Assembly: GCA_043813585.1 (NCBI GenBank)
Contig: JBDRKW010000020.1
Location: 193,185 to 257,184 of the forward strand
Origin: Candidatus Kerfeldbacteria bacterium
Lineage (GTDB): Bacteria; Patescibacteriota; Patescibacteriia; UBA9570; XYC2-FULL-38-9
Length of the DNA: 64,000 bases
Direction of reading: 5' to 3'
In this document: positions 61,821-64,000 of the stretch, one piece after another
How positions within the stretch are numbered: position 1 is the first letter of the stretch
Layout of the letters: every line of letters begins with the position of its first letter
Made by a program: the position numbers and the translations under genes
Notes under the pieces: generated by a model
The model's input: only the letters and a program-made list of their open reading frames with translations
Database searches by the model: none
What the model was told of the DNA's origin: nothing

Positions 61821-62268
61821 ATACGTTGTCTTGTGGAAGTTGCATTAATCCTTTCATGTCGCCGACCGCTTTCGCAATCTGTTCATCGGTCAGCTGCCCG
61901 GTTACCAATGAAATCTGCTGTACAATCTGCGTAAACTTCGCGTCCGCAAACTGTCGCGGGACAATATGGATCATCAGGTGGCTGTCCTGAGACACCTCAA
62001 CCGTACCGTCATTCATCAAGATCGTAAACCCGTGCGTGCGCGTATAGCGCATGGCCCAAAACGACACCTTCTTGATCAGGTAGCCGAACTCTTCCATCTG
62101 CTCGTCATTGAAACTGTAAAAATGCGGATCGTGGTGCTTTGGCACGATGATCACCTGCCCGGCCGCAATCGCATTGCGCGAAACAAGAACGCGGAACAAC
62201 TTTGTTTCGTAGAACTGTTCCGGAGGCGTTGGCGCTCCGTCGCAATATTGACACGATGTGGTTGGCAT
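61819..62268 (-). CDS. HIT-family (histidine triad-like) hydrolase, degenerate triad
   Basis: 149 aa; 'CQYCDG' Zn-like N-terminus, 'VIIVPKHH', 'DSHLMIHIVPR' where the central His of HxHxH is Met. Confidence 0.55.
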   Translation of the reverse strand: MPTTSCQYCDGAPTPPEQFYETKLFRVLVSRNAIAAGQVIIVPKHHDPHFYSFNDEQMEEFGYLIKKVSFWAMRYTRTHGFTILMNDGTVEVSQDSHLMIHIVPRQFADAKFTQIVQQISLVTGQLTDEQIAKAVGDMKGLMQLPQDNV

Positions 62269-62285
62269 ACCTCCTGGCCGTTAGC

Positions 62286-62444
62286 TTACTTGGATTCCTT
62301 AAAAGCCGTGTGCTTCTTACAATGCTTGCAATGCTTTTTGAGTTCCAGACGGTGTCCGCGCAGCTTTCGCATGTTCTTATAGGTATAATACCCGATGCGC
62401 TTGCATTCTGTACACTCCATTTTGATGAGATTGTCCTGTGACAT
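62286..62444 (-). CDS. rpmG: 50S ribosomal protein L33
   Basis: manual translation MSQDNLIKMECTECKRIGYYTYKNMRKLRGHRLELKKHCKHCKKHTAFKESK (52 aa, CxxC...CxxC zinc ribbon); below the ORF-track size cutoff. Confidence 0.85.
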   Translation of the reverse strand: MSQDNLIKMECTECKRIGYYTYKNMRKLRGHRLELKKHCKHCKKHTAFKESK

Positions 62445-62465
62445 ACGTATTTATTACTTAATTTG

Positions 62466-62537
62466 AGCCGAAGAGAGGAATCGAACCCCCAACCAATCGC
62501 TTACAAAGCGACTGCTCTACCGTTGAGCTACTTCGGC
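62466..62537 (-). tRNA. tRNA-Thr (UGU)
   Basis: manual fold: acceptor GCCGAAG/CTTCGGC, anticodon loop UUUGUAA; CCA not encoded. Confidence 0.8.
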
Positions 62538-62565
62538 GCAGCTCCTTTAAGCAGAAACCGGGATG

Positions 62566-62648
62566 TGGGCCGGGAGGGATTTGAACCCCCGAAGGCGTAA
62601 GCCAACTGGTCTACAGCCAGTTCCATTTGACCACTTTGGTACCGACCC
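62566..62648 (-). tRNA. tRNA-Tyr (GUA), type II with long variable arm
   Basis: anticodon stem ACTGG/CCAGT with loop CUGUAGA; 14-nt variable arm typical of bacterial tRNA-Tyr. Confidence 0.85.
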
Positions 62649-62671
62649 GGATATTCTATTGAAGGTGCGTG

Positions 62672-62744
62672 AGCCGACACGCAGAATCGAACTGCGGACC
62701 TCATCCTTACCATGGATGCGCTCTACCAACTGAGCTATGTCGGC
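62672..62744 (-). tRNA. tRNA-Thr (GGU)
   Basis: perfect cloverleaf: acceptor GCCGACA/TGTCGGC, anticodon stem CATCC/GGATG with loop AUGGUAA, T-arm CGCAG-TTCGATT-CTGCG. Confidence 0.88.
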
Positions 62745-62762
62745 GGAAGTATAGCAGTTTTC

Positions 62763-63554
62763 TTACATATCTTCCACCATTTTCTCAAGTTCTTCAAGCT
62801 TCTGGTTCTCGGGATTGACTTCCTTTAATGTCCGCAACGCTTTACGGGCAACGAAGCCGTCCTTGAGCTCGATAGCAAGGTTCAGCAGGGAATCCAGATC
62901 ACGCGGATTTTTCGGCGACAAGTCAACACATTTCTTGTACATCTCCATGGCTTTTTCTTTTTCCCCAGTTGTCTCGTAGATCTTGCCCAGGTCATAATAG
63001 ATGCGATCGTCGTTCGGGTTAAGCGTCTTCGCGAAATTCAACGTTTCAATGGCATGGTCGTATTCCTTCTTTTCAAAGTAGATCTCGCCAAGGTATTCAT
63101 ATGCCTCTTCTTCCTTTGGATTAAGGCGGATAGCTTCCAAGAAGATCTGCTCGGCATCGCTATAATTCTCATCCTTGAACAATTGTGTGCCTTCTTCGAT
63201 CAATACGGCAATTTTCTGCCGTGAAATCTCTTTTTCTTCCTGTGTCTGCGGCTTCTTTGCTGCATTCTTGTATTTCTTCTCCATCTCGCTCAGCTTATTT
63301 CGCATGCCTTGGAATCCTCCGGCCAGTTTTAACCCTGCCGGCGCCATTACCTTCTTCGTTGCCTCACGAATGCCTCTGGTCTTTCGCTGCAGCCGCTCTT
63401 CAATCAGGCGGTATTTCTTCGACCGCAACTTGGCTTTCGGCATGGCATCAAGGTCCAACAACAACATTCGCTTCCACTTGCCCGCAAGCAAAACGATGAG
63501 CGTGATAAGCGCCGCTCCCAATATTCCGATTACGATCCAGTCAAATAGTTGCAT
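62763..63554 (-). CDS. membrane-anchored tetratricopeptide-repeat protein
   Basis: N-terminal TM 'WIVIGILGAALITLIVLL', TPR repeats (AEQIFLEAIRLNPKEEEAYEYLGEIYF...); start set at MQLFDW to avoid overlap with the upstream gene. Confidence 0.7.
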   Translation of the reverse strand: MQLFDWIVIGILGAALITLIVLLAGKWKRMLLLDLDAMPKAKLRSKKYRLIEERLQRKTRGIREATKKVMAPAGLKLAGGFQGMRNKLSEMEKKYKNAAKKPQTQEEKEISRQKIAVLIEEGTQLFKDENYSDAEQIFLEAIRLNPKEEEAYEYLGEIYFEKKEYDHAIETLNFAKTLNPNDDRIYYDLGKIYETTGEKEKAMEMYKKCVDLSPKNPRDLDSLLNLAIELKDGFVARKALRTLKEVNPENQKLEELEKMVEDM

Positions 63555-63561
63555 AGTATGG

Positions 63562-64000
63562 TTATGACTTTGTTTCTTCCAATGATCCTGCCGAGCATCC
63601 GCTGCAGCCGACTTTTTCACATCCCATCTTTATATCGACCCGCTTTCCTTCAGAATCCTTCAACGTGATCTCGTGCGTCAGCAAATTGCGCGCAACAACG
63701 ACCCCTTCGCCGTGCGTCCTCGTGCGGATATGCGCGCCAACCTCCGGCATGGCGTCTGCGCAAACGCGGTATCCTTCAGATTCATACGACAGGCAGCATT
63801 TCAGCCGTCCGCACAAGCCGCTCAAGCGGTCGCTCCCGCGGTGTTCCAGCTGCTGCAGCTGGATCAGATCGGAACTGACGCTGTCGAGCGTCGCCTTCCA
63901 GGTGGAGCAGCAGGTTGGACGCCCGCATGATCCCACGCCGCCCATCTCTGCTGTCACATCACGCGAGCCGATCTGCTGCAGCCTGATCTGGCGCTGGAAA
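63562..64000 (-). CDS. PSP1 C-terminal domain (RicT/YaaT-like) protein, 5' end truncated by window edge
   Basis: 'GRPTCC' and 'GRLKCCLSYE' motifs characteristic of the PSP1 domain; reading frame stays open to the window end. Confidence 0.5.
   Translation of the reverse strand, partial: FQRQIRLQQIGSRDVTAEMGGVGSCGRPTCCSTWKATLDSVSSDLIQLQQLEHRGSDRLSGLCGRLKCCLSYESEGYRVCADAMPEVGAHIRTRTHGEGVVVARNLLTHEITLKDSEGKRVDIKMGCEKVGCSGCSAGSLEETKS

Overview
The window is a dense, mostly minus-strand coding stretch of a bacterial chromosome at about 47-50% GC. It reads as bacterial: bacterial-type PheT (~790 aa), TypA/BipA, RmuC, CvpA, L33, a D-Ala-D-Ala carboxypeptidase, MacAB-like efflux, and a type-II tRNA-Tyr with a long variable arm. 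Most start codons lack a Shine-Dalgarno sequence. The gene content (minimal MetRS, many small membrane proteins) is compatible with a small-genome or CPR-like lineage, but lineage cannot be proven from sequence alone.

Main recognisable blocks:
- 883-6461: gyrB, then pheT and pheS.
- 6940-9900: a single-chain UvrD-family helicase fused to a Cas4/AddB-like Fe-S PD-(D/E)XK nuclease.
- 13236-22030: a complete bacterial V/A-type ATPase operon (H-I-K-E-C-F-A-B-D) with its promoter and terminator.
- 22393-24937: recombination and nuclease housekeeping genes (rmuC, tatD).
- 25430-30664: metG, an M16 peptidase, and glyQS.
- 31389-36188: ion transporters and a glycoside hydrolase pair (GH-A plus GH1).
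- 37126-41346: an S11 DD-carboxypeptidase and a MacAB-like tripartite efflux module.
- 42612-45085: an RNA-repair operon, RtcB-archease-ThpR.
- 47548-50994: a cell-envelope cluster (HAD hydrolase, GT28-like, SDR, acetyltransferase).
- 51467-55796: a copper island with CopA, CopZ, an HMA-permease-cupredoxin fusion, and a Cys/His-rich small membrane protein.
- 55851-57650: typA.
- 57788-61277: a lipid/glycolipid cluster (MprF-like flippase domain, GT4, GT2, CDP-alcohol phosphatidyltransferase).
- 61746-62744: a tRNA/rpmG cluster with tRNA-Trp, L33, tRNA-Thr(UGU), tRNA-Tyr, and tRNA-Thr(GGU).
- 313-876: a CarS-like (CDP-archaeol synthase family) gene at the window start.

Most unusual signals:
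- Two ~60% GC islands on the plus strand, wedged between minus-strand host genes.
- 50995-51470 is a self-contained cassette: a sigma70-like promoter, a strong GGGGG ribosome-binding site (unlike the SD-less host genes), a ~97-aa orphan ORF, and a terminator.
- 1-312 is GC-rich with stable hairpins, including a UUCG tetraloop, and ends in a T-run.

No CRISPR array, transposase or integrase was seen.
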